Source of the DNA: Selaginella moellendorffii
Taxonomy: Eukaryota > Plantae > Lycopodiophyta
DNA: 64,000 bases
Reading direction: 5' to 3'
Assembly (NCBI RefSeq): GCF_000143415.4
Contig: NW_003314270.1
Span: 915,035-979,034, forward strand
Position 1 is the stretch's first letter. The number at the start of each line of letters is the position of its first letter. Shown piece after piece: positions 1 to 14,400 of this stretch. The notes below the pieces were generated by a model. The model was given only the letters and a program-made list of their open reading frames with translations, was not told where the DNA came from and searched no databases. The position numbers were made by a program, and so were the translations under genes.

Positions 1-156
1 AATCTTTTTATTCGGCTATGCGATTCGCAGCTGCACAAATATCAATAGAAGTGTGGTAATCTACCGCACTCAACAAACAAGGGTCCATCACACAGACAAT
101 AAATCCCATTTCTTTAAATTCCCTCTCAAGGGTCTTGACAACCTAATTCTATTTCC

Positions 157-178
157 ACACATACACACACACACACAC
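157..178. repeat. (CA)n microsatellite
   Basis: Imperfect CA dinucleotide run (cacacatacacacacacacaca). Confidence 0.85.
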
Positions 179-1772
179 AGAGCTTCCTTACTACTATAGT
201 ATATCAATCATTTCTCTTAGCCCTGTGAAAAGAGAATGGTGTGTACTTGAGTTGAGAGAAGAGATGAGGCTTCTATAGCCAGTGCCAGCTGAGGTGGAGC
301 TTGGCTAAAGGTCAAACTTTGGCACATCTAGCATAATTGTTAGTTGGCTGTGGGGCGACTTTAAGGGCAACACCTTGTAGAGCACCGTGAATAGCACAGT
401 TTGCCCTCACCCAAATCCAATAGAAAAACCCTGAAATGAAGGATGTGAACAGAGAGCTACTATGCCTAGTAGTGAAACTCTTACAAACTAGAAAATTTAG
501 ATATGGCAAGAAACCTTAGCATGAGTTGCTAGTGCCATGGCTAATGGGCTAGGTTGTGGCCATAGCACATGCTTTGGTGCAGCTAGAAACTAGAGTTTTT
601 GAGGAACCTAGCTCCAATTACTACTATTATATTGCTTCCTGGATGAATTCTTCAGAATGGAAGTTTTTTTTATTAGTGTGGTGCTTGTCACTTAGTTTCT
701 TGTAAGGAGGTATAGAAAAAACTACTCTAAAATAATGACAAGTTCTTAAAAATGAGGCTATTAGCAACACTATTGTTAATTTGTATTATGCATGTTTTAT
801 TTTAGCTTATAGTGCACAAAAGATCCCAACTAAGCAACCTTGGTTGTTGAGAGCATGGAAACTTATCCTTTCTAAGACTTGGAAATTTACTATGAAATGG
901 ATATTAATTCATCTTAATTGCATGGTTTGTATATATCAGTGCTATATATGAATTCTTCAAGCACCAACTCATCAATTAATCATCATGCAGTGCCAAGATG
1001 GATAATTTGTATTACCAGCAAGCCTAGCAAGGTCCAATTCCACCACCACCATGCTTCTAGGGCTTCTGGCACTATCTCAAGGGCAACATCCTCTTGAGCA
1101 AGATCCCTTCGCAATTGTCCAAGATTAAGTGATTGGATCTCAGCCACAATCTCTTCCAAGACACCAATTTCAATTGGTTTGTATCTCCACCACCCTAAAA
1201 TCTCAAGCATCTTGCCCCAAATTCTTTCACAAGAAGGATTAATCTCTATGCATGCCCTTAATGATACTTGTAAATCCATAACCAAGAAAACCATAATTTC
1301 TCACAATAAAATCTTGCTTTGCATTTTTTTGTACATACCAAACTCTATGGATCATAGTTGAATTGAATCACTTAAAAAGAAGAAGATGACATGGCTGTAC
1401 ATGTGGTGTGGCATATCCCATATACATATTATAATCCACACAATCACAAAAGGCAATCTAAATTTGTGTGCAAAAATCATTTTTTGGGAAATTGAAAAAA
1501 AAACTGTACATGTGTCATCACATAAGAGAATAGCTTTAAATATAAGAAAAACTTAAATTTTAATAGAATAAATAACAAAGAACAAACAAGTAAAAAGACA
1601 CTACTTAACATCTCCACCAATGTCACATTTTTCCTTTTATAATACTGAATTATTTATTTGTAAATTGATATGTTAATATTAGATAGTATCTTGTATACAA
1701 AATGGAATGTTTTATTTGATTGAACACACCAACAAAGGATTTAAAATCTAATTAAACTGATTAGTTTTACAA

Positions 1773-2651
1773 ATGAAATATAAAAAAATTATTTTAGTTA
1801 CTTATTTATATTTTTCTATAGCTTATTCTCAAAATATATTTCATTATGAGGATTATGGAGATAATAGAGCAATTCCAATGCGAATAAATATGGATAATTT
1901 AGCTTCATTTTTTATTATTTTTTTAAGACACTCATTGCCTTCTGGTAGAAATACACAAGTGGGTTCTATATTTTATACATCTTACATAAGTTCAGAATTA
2001 CACATAAATATGTTATTTGTTATACTATCTTCTAGTATAAATTGTCCAATAAACGATGGTATACATGAAATTAATAATGATGCTACTATAAATTTATTAT
2101 TAAGAGTTGGTAGAGAAGTTTATTTATCTTTTCGAAATGCTAGAGCATCACATTTTATAAGTATTATTGTGCAGCATGATATTGGTATTTTTTTAGTTTT
2201 ATATCAAATAGAAGGTTATATTTCTAGAATAACACTTCTTTATAATATTCATGCACATTCAATGCCATATAGATTATTTAGTGGATATAAAGGTTTATAT
2301 ATAGCCACACTTAATCCTGGTGAATTTTTAGCACATTTTTATAAAAGATATGTATTTTTAGTACAACATGATTGTAATACTGTTTTTTATTATGTAAATT
2401 TAGTTTTATGGGATACTTAAACTTATGAAGTTAGTTTTGATTGTAAATTAAGATTACAAGAAGATGGAAATCTTGTACTTTATTCAGCATTTGATTTACA
2501 ATCACTATATGCAACTGGAACTTATTGTAGAAAATCTAATTGTGTGAAACCATCAATGCTTATTCTACAAATAAATTGTGATTTAGTTTTATACCAAGAT
2601 GGACAACCTTCTATAGAAGTATGGTCAACTGAAACAATATGTTATATTTAA
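1773..2651 (+). pseudogene. Secreted protein with an unknown N-terminal domain and a C-terminal bulb-type (GNA/B-type) mannose-binding lectin domain; one in-frame stop
   Basis: ORF 1773-2420 starts with a signal-peptide-like MKYKKIILVTYLYFSIAYS and ends FLVQHDCNTVFY..WDT*. The same frame continues past TAA (2418-2420) as TYEVSFDCKLRLQEDGNLVLY...LILQINCDLVLY...VWST to a stop at 2649-2651. These are three QxDxNxVxY-type repeats. Confidence 0.75.
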
Positions 2652-4945
2652 AAATTTCAAATGCAATTTAAAGTTTATATTTGTACTAATAAAAACTCTT
2701 TATTACTAAAACTTGAATTTTTTGTAACTTATTCTCAAATCTGGCTTATTTATATATCTTTATTTGTGATACATATAGATATAGAATTCATTAAAGCACC
2801 CCCTAGCCCTGCCAACAGCAAAACCTAGCCCTTTTTTATTTTAAACCAACCAAACTCTTAAGTCGGCAAACTTAACTGATGTCACATATATAAAGGATGT
2901 ACCATATGATGTTTAGGATAGTCTTAATATCACTCATACATGCCAATTATGCACATCCCTATATTTTATAATTAAGATCCCTAGAACTACATGTCACTAA
3001 TGGGGGTGCTATGGTGGAGACTAGAGGCAGGGGTATATAGTATAAAGTTAATAATAATCTTGAAGGTCCTATTTTCATTTTATGACAGATTAGAAGAGGT
3101 TTTGATATATAATATAGATATTCAGTTATAAGAAATATAAGTCTATTTTGAGTTCTCATATTATAGATAATCATATCCTATTGCCTGAGAATTTTGCTGT
3201 CTCATAGAAGTGCCAAATGGATAGTCTATCCTGTATGATTCAGACTACTTTTAACATCTGAGAGTGGTAATGAAGGAAATTACATAGAAGTATGTAATTT
3301 ACTGTTAAAAGTGAATTTTTAAGCAACCCATTGTAGATTCCAACATTTCTTAGATTCTGGCAATCGAAGTGCTTTTTTCATGTGGATAAATATGAAATTT
3401 TATGAGACCAAGACAATAGACTACTTGGCAACTTATCTATAGATTTCAGAGCCAAACATTGTATAAATATATGAAGTTTATTGATCCAAATTGGAGGTAT
3501 ATATTACAAGATACCACTTTATTATGTTCACACTAATGTTGCTGTGGACTTTTGGAACAGGGTAGGCTCCAGTTTATTTCTTGAACCATAGAAGTACTAT
3601 CTAACACTAAAGTTAACAACTAATTGGATATTGTTTTAGCCAATGTGAAATTCATGAAGCTTTAGTTGTACACAACCTTGCAAGGCTTGAGACATTTGTT
3701 CAAGATTCAGAGTTGGATATATACTATGAAGTGCCTTATGCATTATGCCACATGAATTGTGAGTACTTAATTTGGTTTTTAAACTTCTTATGTCACCATC
3801 TTATGTCTTGCTCTCATAGTGTATCATATGAAATTTACATACATGCCATAACTATGCACTACATTATCTCTTATAAGCAATCAACTACAAAGTAGTCATA
3901 TGAAATTTTCAACACCTATATATATGCATGCCATTCATAGATTGGGTTGACCAAAATTGATTAAGAGTGATCACTCACGCAAGCATAACAATGTACAAAA
4001 TGATATGAATGGAACATGGGTGCTCAAGTTAGACCCTTTATCCATGGCCTATCCACAGAAAACTAGGTATAAGTATGCACTATGAAGTTTTGAATTGCCA
4101 AGAATCTTGTGTATTAGATTGCAACTTAGAACCTCCATAAGGTTTAAACATTTTGAAATGGTGAAAATTTTAGGTTTTCTCATGTTCTTGCCAATTTATT
4201 TAAACCTATAGAGGATGAGTTTTGACACATTTATTTACTCTTTATTTCTCTAATAGGGTTTTCACAACATAACTACAAAATTAAGTAGTATGGATATTGA
4301 ACTATTGTCTAAATTCTTTGTTGAAAGTGCTACTTTCCCATATGTAATTTGTTGCAAATTTTTCAAATATTTGCTATGCTAAGGGCTAAGTCCTTTGTTT
4401 TGAGCAAGTATCACATAGCAACAATCTAGAATCAAGCATTATCACTTTATCATGCATGACTAATCTAGATGAGTAATAACTTTTATATTTGGACTTGTAG
4501 ATGTAATATACACTTCTGGATATAGTAGGCATCCAGTGCACCTTAATTGATTAGTGACTACTTAATAGATAATATATCTTTATATTTTTACCCCTAAAAA
4601 TTGATTGACAAAGGAATTCACTATGGGATTCCGATACAAAGTAGATGGCTAATTGTCTCATTAGAATAACTAATAAATAAAATAGGATTAATAGATAGTT
4701 CCCTTGGCTCAATATGGTTGTTAGTCAATAAGGATATTAACATCTCACTCCAGGATTTTTGAAGAATCTCACTTGGAAAGTGGGAAAATCCCACTTTGTG
4801 ACATGGAGGAAAAGCTCTACATAAAATTCTATGTAGAAGGAATTGAGCTTCCACAAAGAGCACTAGGGACTGCTGAGGATTTGGCACTGGCAGTGGCAGT
4901 ATTGCGAGATTTTATAATGTATTAGAGAAGCCTGTGGCTTGAGCC

Positions 4946-6750
4946 TTAACTTGGACTATCAAACTTTTCTTCCCATAAAGAGATGGCAGATTCCTTAGAT
5001 AGCAACTTGATCAAGGCAGCCTTCGCATTCACCACCATAATCATATCTTCCATATGGAGGTACCATGGATTGACGAAACATATCCAATGTTCTCTGCCTT
5101 GGGAGAAGACCATAATGAGTTGCAAGTGATGGCACTGCATAAAGAGCCAATGTGTGATATAGCCAATCCATGTGGTCTCATTTTGTTTGAAGTTCACAGC
5201 TACTCAAGTGTAACTATACACTGCTTGCTCCAGACCATAGCACCATGTCACGTATGGAGGGCCATGTCGTCTAATATCCCTCACAGGTTGTCCAAGGTTA
5301 AACTCCAATGGTGAAGCTGAGCCTTCGGGCTTGTAGAGCTTGGAAAGAACTCTCCACAAGATGCACATGTCTTCCATTGTGCACATTGCCTCCACTGTCC
5401 ATCCTGCTGAGCATGTGAAAAAAGCTCGCATGATCTCATAAGTCAAAAAGGTAAATAAAGACAATTCATTAAAAGCAAAAAACACTTAGACAAATTGCCG
5501 ACCTGGAAGTATATCTTCCATAACAGTGAGGATGTGCAGTAAGCAGAACATGATAAACTTCATTAGCTACTCAGCTTTGAAGGACTCTCATTTTCGTGAT
5601 GGATCTTTCGGCCATCCCCAGATTGGAGATTAGATGGTGGAACCTTTGGAAATCTCTCTAACGGGAGTATGAAAATGGAATAAGCTAGCAAGGGAGATTT
5701 AGAAAGAATAAAGTTTACTTTTAATTTCTTGACGGCTGCAAACTTTTAATAGACTTTGTAAAGTATTATTGTGGAGTTTCATGAGATGGGGCATGACATT
5801 GTCGACCATGTCTAGCTGGAGATGAAGCTGTATAAGTCATGAAACCTCCAAAGCATGCTTTGCCCACTCAAGCTAGCACTGTGGAGAATCTGTATCATGT
5901 TCTTCTCTATAGTTGCTGCTGCTATGCTTTCTAATGCTGCCTTCATCTCTTTGAGTGTCCCCTTGGGCAGTGGATAGCATGTTTGAAACCTGTTGTTGCA
6001 GTAGACACACTTCTTTTTATGTCCCCCAACATCCAGCTCAATTGTCTCATAATCACGTTTCAACCTGCGCCTGAAGTTTGGTCTAGATTGTTTAAACTGA
6101 CCGATCTTGCATTGAGCCACGTGGTCTCTGCTTTGAAAGAACAGCATCACATGCAAGCATGCCAAAGTTTCATGGATATATGGAGAGATTTGATCCACCA
6201 GGAAGTTGTACTCCATCTGTATGCCATCAATGAATAATGTTGCTAGCTCCTCTATGAATGGAGTCCAGAATCCCTTGAAAAGTTCAGTGGTGTATGCTTG
6301 AACATACTTTGCTTGCAAACCTGAAATAAAAACATGGTCATAAAATATTTATTTTAAACTTGAAACTTGTTACCTAGAAAACTCATGGGATGAAACAAAA
6401 CTGTAAGCAAGATTTGATCCTTTGAGCCAGCATTGAGAATCCATATGTTTATAAATCCTGTTGATTGATGGGAGTTTTTATGAGTGCTGTAACTGTCCCA
6501 GTGTCCACCAATGGCAAAGTTCTGTGGATCACCTCTAGCAAAATGAGCTTCTTGCTAGATCATTGCTCCACAAACAGGACAAATAAGCCTGTATAGTGAT
6601 TTGTGCACATCCCACATGTGCTCAAGCTCCACAGATCTCCTGCTTGACTGCCATGTTGTGAAAACTTAAGCACAAATCTTGCAAATCATTACAAGCTCCC
6701 ACTTGCTCTAGGGATCAAAGAACCACTTGTATTCTTGAATTGGGTAGAAT
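4946..6750 (-). mobile_element. Degenerate CACTA/EnSpm-like (Transposase_21/Plavaka-type) transposase
   Basis: Broken frames read FWTPFIEELATLFIDGIQM, RDHVAQCKIG, DMVDNVMPH, RWPKDP..SFKAE*LMKFI and DIRRHGPPYVTWCYGLE, in the order expected for this family. Many stops and frameshifts. Boundaries are approximate and no terminal repeats were located. Confidence 0.7.
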
Positions 6751-7299
6751 GCACAATATAACACCCCCCTTTATTTAGGGTGTATATGGACTTGCATGCT
6801 ACCTCATTCCTCATATAAGCATGCCATCTCATTACAATAAATTCTAGTATATTATTTTTCAATTATTTTTTAGTATTTAAAGGTACAAAATAAAGTATAC
6901 TTTTTATTCTACTATAAAAATATTCTGATTGTGTAGCTTAATATGACTACATAGAATATTAAATGCAATTTTTTTTGCTAATTATATTCTTGAAAGTAAA
7001 AGCTGTATAATCCTTTTGCTGTACCATAGAAAGGAAGGGATCTTTTCAATGTATTCTATGTTGATTCAATAGAATTTTTATGAACTTTAGTCACAGAATC
7101 AACAAAATTTTGGGAGTGATTAACTATATAATTAAGTTCAATTGATTCAATCACTTTGAATCATAACTACCCCAACAATCACTATATATAATTGTTCCCA
7201 AAATATTAATTATAATTATTAAATAATAATAATAATAGAAATAGAACTTATCTAGTTAAAAATATGTATATAATATATCAATTAGAGTTTTTGCAATAC

Positions 7300-10200
7300 A
7301 ATCAGCCACTAAACTATAAACATTTATCTAAATCATGTTTGATTCCCCTAAAGACCCATTGGCCTTCTACACTTCTACCATGATTATATTTCCGCTTACC
7401 AAACTTACTTTCATCAATTTCCACAATTTTTTCTGGACCATTAATCTTTTGACTACCTTGTTGTAATGTGATAACACAAATATCATGGCAAAATTTGTAC
7501 TAATTTGTTGTCATATACTCACTTTTAATACTACATTCAATACAAGCTTGATCTTGTAGCATTTTAATGCACCAATAATATAACACTCTAAGCTTTTGAG
7601 CAAATGTGAGATTGATATTTATATACTAAGTATTAGTTCTAAGAGATTTTGTGGTATTGCAATTTTTACAATTCCACTTCAAACCATCTTTACAACCTTG
7701 GTTGTTAAATCAATATCTCATTAGTCATAGCATCTTTCACATTCTCTCTCTTCTAGAAGAAGATCAACTGTAATACAAAAACCTTACTATAAATTCTCTC
7801 AATAAGATTAGAAAAAGAAAGAATACTATCTTGAGCATGTTCTATATATTCCAATCTAATCATAATACTAAAGAGAATGAATAAAATAAGAAAGAAAATA
7901 TAACAAGGAACACAAACATAAAACACAATGAGAAAAAACCTAAACCAAGCATATAAACTATATGTGTTATATTCACTCAATAATCATTTTAACACTATAA
8001 AACTATACTTTTGTAAAAAAAAAAAGACAAAGTGAAACAAAAATGAAATAAATGGAAAAGATATAAGGGATTATAAGATAAGGTTTAAAGTCATATTTGA
8101 TATAATTGCACTGCAACCAATCCATATCAAGAATAAGGTTAAAACCTTAACTTGATACCCCTTCTTCTACTCAAATGACATATTCTTATGTAACAATTGT
8201 GTCAAGGAATAGCCACCTTTGCAAATTTACATAAGAAATACTAAAAGTAACTAGCTATATGAAGGAAATTACATAACTTGGCTATTGAAGCTTGTGTAGG
8301 TTAATTCTCCACCATAGCCACACTCCTTAGATTTATCTTAACATCTGTGGATATTACAATATAGCATAAATACTTTACATTCAACTTTGCAAATTTACAT
8401 TTGCTCTTCTTTGCATAAAGTTTACTATCATGTAATAACAAAAGAATCTTGCATTAATGCTCCTCTAGCTTCTTACTTATAACAAGAATATCATCAAAGA
8501 AAACCTCTAAAAACTTATAAAATAATGTCTCATCAACCAAGTAGATGGAATTATAGTATTTATCAATCTAAATAGTATAACTATGAGCTCAGAATGCCTA
8601 AAGCTCACTGTATTGGAGATATATATATCATCTATTGCAATTTGATAGTATTCACTCTTTGAATCAGTTTTAGTAAACACTTGAGCTTCATTAACATTAT
8701 CTAAGATATCATCAATATATGGCATTTATATTTTATCTTTAACCATTTTTTAAAAATCATATTAGTCAATATATATCCACATTAAGCTAATTTTGTTTTC
8801 ATGAGCAAGGCCAGTGTGTCAAATCGAAACTTATTTGGCTTAATAAACTCAAATTTAAGTAACTCCTTAACTTGTCATTAGACTTTTTACTCCTCCATAT
8901 AGTTTAGTAAAAAAAAATATTAGTAAATTGGCTTTGTTGTTAGCTTTAGCATAATCTTATATCCCATATCTCATAATAAAGGCAATCTATAAATTTGGAA
9001 AGAAAGATATCAATAAATTCCTTAAGTACATCTTGTATTATTACTTTTCCCTCCCATGTGCTTTGTATAAACTTCTGAATTTAGATTTCTCATGAGTTCA
9101 TTCAACTTAATACTAATCAAACCCAAAGATATATAATCTCAAGTATCCTAAAACCCTTAACTAATTAGAAAAGAAGCTGATCTTTTATTTATAAGCCTTT
9201 TCTTTCTATATTTGAATTTTTATGAATCCATCTCTTAAATTGTTCTTTTTAATTGTTTATAATCTACTACACTTCTTTGCAAATTCACGCCCTCATAAAT
9301 GGAAATTAAGAGCTATAGCTCTCTAAAGGGATTTATTCTTTTAACACCCCACCCTTTATAAATTGAGTTTAGCTGAAGTAAATTAACATATAGTGTGATT
9401 TCTTTAACCAATTAATAAAGTCAAACCAAAGACCCCTTTAATACCATATGTAAACTTATAAATTTGGACTTCTCAAAAAATCACATCTAAACTACTATTC
9501 AAACCCAAGGATGTATCTTAAAACTCTTAAGTGATTAAAAAAAGGATGCATTTTTATTCATATATTTAAACTCTTGTGAATTGTCTTTTGAATTGTTTTT
9601 TTCAGCTATTTACGCTGTCATCCTTCTGCATAAATAATAATTAACTTAAAAATATCTATTTATTACCAAAAGCTTGTTTTAAAGATATAATAGAAAGTAT
9701 AATAATTGGAGGCTAAACTCTCTTTCTAAACCACACATCTTAATCCACTATACTTAGGGATCCNNNNNNNNNNNNNNNNNNNNNNNNNNNNNNNNNNNNN
9801 NNNNNNNNNNNNNNNNNNNNNNNNNNNNNNNNNNNNNNNNNNNNNNNNNNNNNNNNNNNNNNNAAAATGAACTTCACACAATGGATTTTTGTGAGAAAAA
9901 AAACTTTACAAATGTGGTTTTGTTATCTAACACTTCTTGAAATATTGGGTAAAGGTAGTCACACCTTCATTGTATATAGAAGAATCATGTCATTAAGTCA
10001 TGCTCTTCACAAACTTTACGAAAACAAAGTTGTAATCACTCTAATTGTTTAGTAAAATTTGTATTTGATTGCTATAGAACACATTCTCTAACATTAAAAT
10101 TGATGCACAAGTGTTTTTAGCCTCTATTTTATCCCACACATAATTTAGTTGACCATCAACAATTTATAATTGCTTCCTTTGACCAAATCAATCCTCCTCA

Positions 10201-10860
10201 TCATCCTAATATCATAAATTCTACAACTTAATATTCAACTTACTATTATTAAAAGATTAATCATTTTTCTTGCTTTGTTATTTATTCTTCATCTATGGAT
10301 AAATAAATTTATAATGTCCAAACTAGCCATAATAATGATAATTTTACTTTTAGTTCTTCATAAAGAACATCTACTTTTTCAACCCCTTTATTTCTAAAGT
10401 AGTTATTATAAATTTCAACTTGTGATATTTATTTCCATCTTCATATTCATAATAATTGTTATAACAATTTTTTGACTAAAGTACTCCTCAAATGCTTGTG
10501 AGGCTTATGCTTGTTATTGTCAAGTCAACAAACCACATCAAATAACTTTTAATGATGCAAGTATTGCCTTCACTTTGAAGGCCATTTTAATATAAAACAT
10601 AGCTAAAATTAAATGAATAAGTTTCTCAATGTAGTCTCTAAATGTCATTTTTCCTTGTTGAAGTTCCACAAAAGCATTTTTCATAGTTAAAGTTCCATGA
10701 GAGCATTTTTCATAGTGAAAGATAAAACATAAATGAAAAACAACTTCAAACTCATCTATAATAAATATTAGTAGTTTTCTATTTGCAATAGAAGATTCCA
10801 CCATCGGATACCTGCATAATACAAAACTATTAACCATTAAAGCTTTTGCATTTAAAGTTC
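7300..10860 (-). mobile_element. Highly degenerate Ty3/gypsy LTR retrotransposon (gag-pol relic)
   Basis: gag-like ELQQGKMTFRDYIEKL (10538-10837). RT-like MPYIDDILDNVNEAQVFTKTDSKSEYYQI (8507-8725), then FFDDILVIS and LYAKKSKCKFA..VKYL (about 8330-8500). gag lies upstream of RT on the minus strand. LTRs were not resolved. Confidence 0.75.
9764..9863. other. Assembly gap (100 N)
   Basis: Run of exactly 100 N, probably a placeholder length. Confidence 0.99.
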
Positions 10861-10944
10861 CTTTGGTAATGTTGCCATCACTGAAAAATTGAAAACTTAA
10901 GTCAATCCACCAAATTAATCTTGTTTAGAGTACTACCAACACGC

Positions 10945-11240
10945 TCATGCATCATAGCAATCATGCCATGCATCTCCTCTTAAGAAGCAATATTTGGGTA
11001 ACTCTGTGATCAAGCGCCTATCCAGCAAGCCCACGTCCATAATCCGTGTAATAAGCACGCTCAAGTTTGCTAGCGGAGCCGAGTCTAGAAGTTTCAACAG
11101 CTGTTTGCCACTCCAGTAAAGCATACCTCCGCCCTCTGCCATTCATACAGCTTTTGTTGAGCAAGGCCAACGAGAAAGAATGCGTCCCTGCATAGTGCTC
11201 CACAAGCTTGGAATTCTCGAGCATACCAGCCAAGCACGGA
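10945..11240 (-). pseudogene. Possible degenerate PPR (PLS-type) gene fragment
   Basis: Frameshifted pieces AGMLENSKLV, MNGRGRRYALLEW and SVLIT..DVGLLD loosely resemble PPR repeat consensus. Confidence 0.3.
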
Positions 11241-11429
11241 AAGCTTGCTTGTGAAAGTTTCTAGCTCCTCACTGAGAATTCACAGCTCAAAGTTTCAATC
11301 GCAAACGAACTCACAGTTTTCAATCTCGTACCTTAGTGACTGTGCACAAAGACATCAGTGCGCCGATAGTACTCGTTTGTCAGCGCGGAAAATCAATAAA
11401 CAACGAGCTCAGCAGTAGAGGCATCCCAT

Positions 11430-14400
11430 TTAAAGCGAGCTCCTCAAAACTCTGGCAATTGCGCGAGAAACAAGCTTGTTTGTAACTTCTAAAGGCACCA
11501 ACAATAGCTTTTGTTGCAAGGGAAGTGGGAGCTGCAAACGGACACGAATAAGTTTTCTAGTATCTACACGAATAATCTGATACCTTCACAAGGACCGAGA
11601 ACCATTTTAGAAACTCGCTCGAGTCGCCCAACAGTGAAAGAAACTCCGGAGTTCTCGTGACGAGGCTTGTGCTCGTGCGATCATACTTCTGCAAATTTCA
11701 TATAGTCGCATTTTAGATCTTTAGCTATAAAAAAGAAATACCAGAAGCTTGGAGGAGCTATCAGAAGTTGAAGTTATCAAGGCCAATATGCGAACAAGGT
11801 TGATGAGATTTTCCTCGTCTTGGGCGTCGACTAGTCCCTGGATTGATAACCCCAAGCTTGAGATCAATCTCTCAATTGTGGAACGATTTAGAGCATCTAT
11901 TCCCTGCAAAACCGAGTGAAACAGCTTTCTTGTTTTTAGACTAGTTTTTACCTTGACAACTTCGTCGAGAAGGACACCTTTCACGTATTCACCCTGCAAT
12001 ATGAAGATCTCAAGAAAAGCCCAAGAAGCTTTGACGATACCTGGTCGCTAAGTATAAAAGTATACAATCGATTCTGGAGTGCCTCGGTAGTAGCTTGATC
12101 TAGTGACCAGTTTGCAGTGGCTTTTGAAGACTATGTAAACCATCACTTGGTAAGAGTAACCAAAACAGAATCAAAATGCTCTCATTAACGCACCTCAAGT
12201 ATTAGAGATTCTAGACGATCGATTTGAAATGTACCATCCTGCGAGGAGAAAAACCAGCTCATATTATGATTGAATGAATGCGTTCGATTGTTCCTACCTT
12301 GTATAACAGATTGTAAAGAGTTGATCTAAGCGTTGGCGAATCATCAGTCAAAACTTTCCTAGCTATCCAAGGGTAAGAGCGTCCCAAAACCTTGTAGTTT
12401 GGATCGATGGTAATGGCTATTCCTTCCAACACCGTTAAACTGGAAAAAGCAAAGATAAAAATCATTCTCAATGTAGTTTTCCTTGCCTTCGAATCACGAG
12501 AGAAAAGTATGATGGTATCCTGAATTTAAACTTGAACCTGGACAACACAGACCAGTGACATAAAGAAGAAAAATAGACGCTTACATAGTTTGTCCAAGCT
12601 TTCCTGAAAGATCTCCAAAGCTGAGATTGGTAACACCCCTACTAACCGCATTTTCAAAAATTCCTGATGAATAAACACTCCTTTTGTAAGAAAATAAAAA
12701 CTGAAAAGAAATATCCTGAAAAAAAAAAAGAAACGTGACTCACCTGTAAGTGCACGGCTCACTTCCGCTGATGGAGCTGTGGGAGGAAGAAATCTAAACA
12801 CGAAACACGAACACTTAAGTTGGTTTTTGCCAGGTAATTACTTTCTAGACATACCCGAGATTAACGATATCTCCTGCCAGTGCATCAAACTCCCGATTTA
12901 CAAGGTGCAAAGAGGCCTCAACTATAGCATCTCTAAAATTTTGCTTGATTTCACCCATCATCCCAAAGTCTGCCTAGCAAAAAAAAATACACAGATGAAA
13001 GAATTTTTCCGAGTAAATGTGAATGAAAGTACGTACCAATATAAGCTAGTTTACCATCAGTCGTACACAAAAGGTTGCCCGGATGAGGATCAGCGTGGTA
13101 AAAACCTGTTTCTAAAATTTGTGACAATGAACAATACGTTCCAATCTGTGCCAAAACCTGAGTCATAAGAAAGCTCTAAAACAAAAAGCTTTCTACCTCT
13201 ACGAGTCGAAGATCTTTGGCTTCTGATAACTTCTGTCCCTACACAGGCACCAAAAAAATAGCTAACGTTATAAACTTTAAGCGTTAGCATACCTCAACCC
13301 ATTCCATGATCAACACTCGCTGGCTGGAGAGTTCCTTGTACATCTTCGGGATTGTAAGATCGGGGATATCTCCAAACAAACGCCTGCCAACACACAAAAG
13401 TTACACGGAAGCTCGAAAAGAAAAATCCAAGGGAGAATCACCTGAATCTCTCTCCATTTCGTGCTTCAGCTTCATAGTCCATTTCCTTCGAAAAAAAACA
13501 CAAGAAAGAAAGCAAGTAAAGCGTGAAACAATGCAATGAACTCACTCTAAAGAGACTACTGGCCCATTCGTCTACAACAGCCTGCAAGGCAAGAAAACGA
13601 AGAACGGGATCAAGACAAGAATCACGATACTATCAAGTACCTGCAAATCTGTGTTAAATCTTCCAACAATTCTAGCATAGCCAGCCAAAATTCTAAGTAT
13701 ATAAATGTCCAAAGATATGGTTGCTTTCACCCCTGGCCTTTGCACCTTGACAGCAACAGTGTCACCACTTGGTCGAAGTCGAGCTTGATAAACCTGCGAG
13801 ATTTTTCCAGAGTAGAACGTTTAAAACCACGCGGACGAGAAAATAAGATGTAGTAAAAAGTAAATCTTCTTGCCTGGCCAAGGGATGCTGCTGCAACAGG
13901 CGCGGGAGTGATTTCCGAGAACAAGACATCAACTGGAACACCGAGCTCCGACTCGATGATGCTCAAAGCGGCTTTGGTCGAGAATGGTGCGATCTGGTCT
14001 TGAAGGAGAGAAAGCTCGGCGATGTACGCTGGTGGAATTAAATCCTGACGACCTCCTCATGAAAAGAGAAAACAGAAAAACAAAAACAAAAACAGACCAA
14101 AACGGAAAAAAATAAAAATAAAAAGTAAAAAGCGAGAGCTGTAAGTTTTGACAACGATGACTTAGTGAGAGTTTTTGAGCTTTGAGAAGCTTACTGGACG
14201 TGAAGACACTGCTTGTGCGATCTTTACAAAAGCCTGAGAGTTTAAGTAACGTTACAAATGGCATATAGAGGAAAAAACGAAAGCTTACCGGCCCAAGCTC
14301 TACTAGTGCCTCCCGAAACTCAGCAGCGCGTTTCTAAAAAAATAAAAAGTAGTTTTAAACATTATAAAAAAAAAAATCGAAAAAAAAGAAGACAAGAAAG

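Noticed and set aside
983-1294. 103-aa ORF in the left AT-rich region
   Set aside because: No recognisable motif. Probably TE-derived decay.
9758-9763. GGATCC immediately before the N gap
   Set aside because: Chance or a library/assembly artefact. No biological inference is possible.
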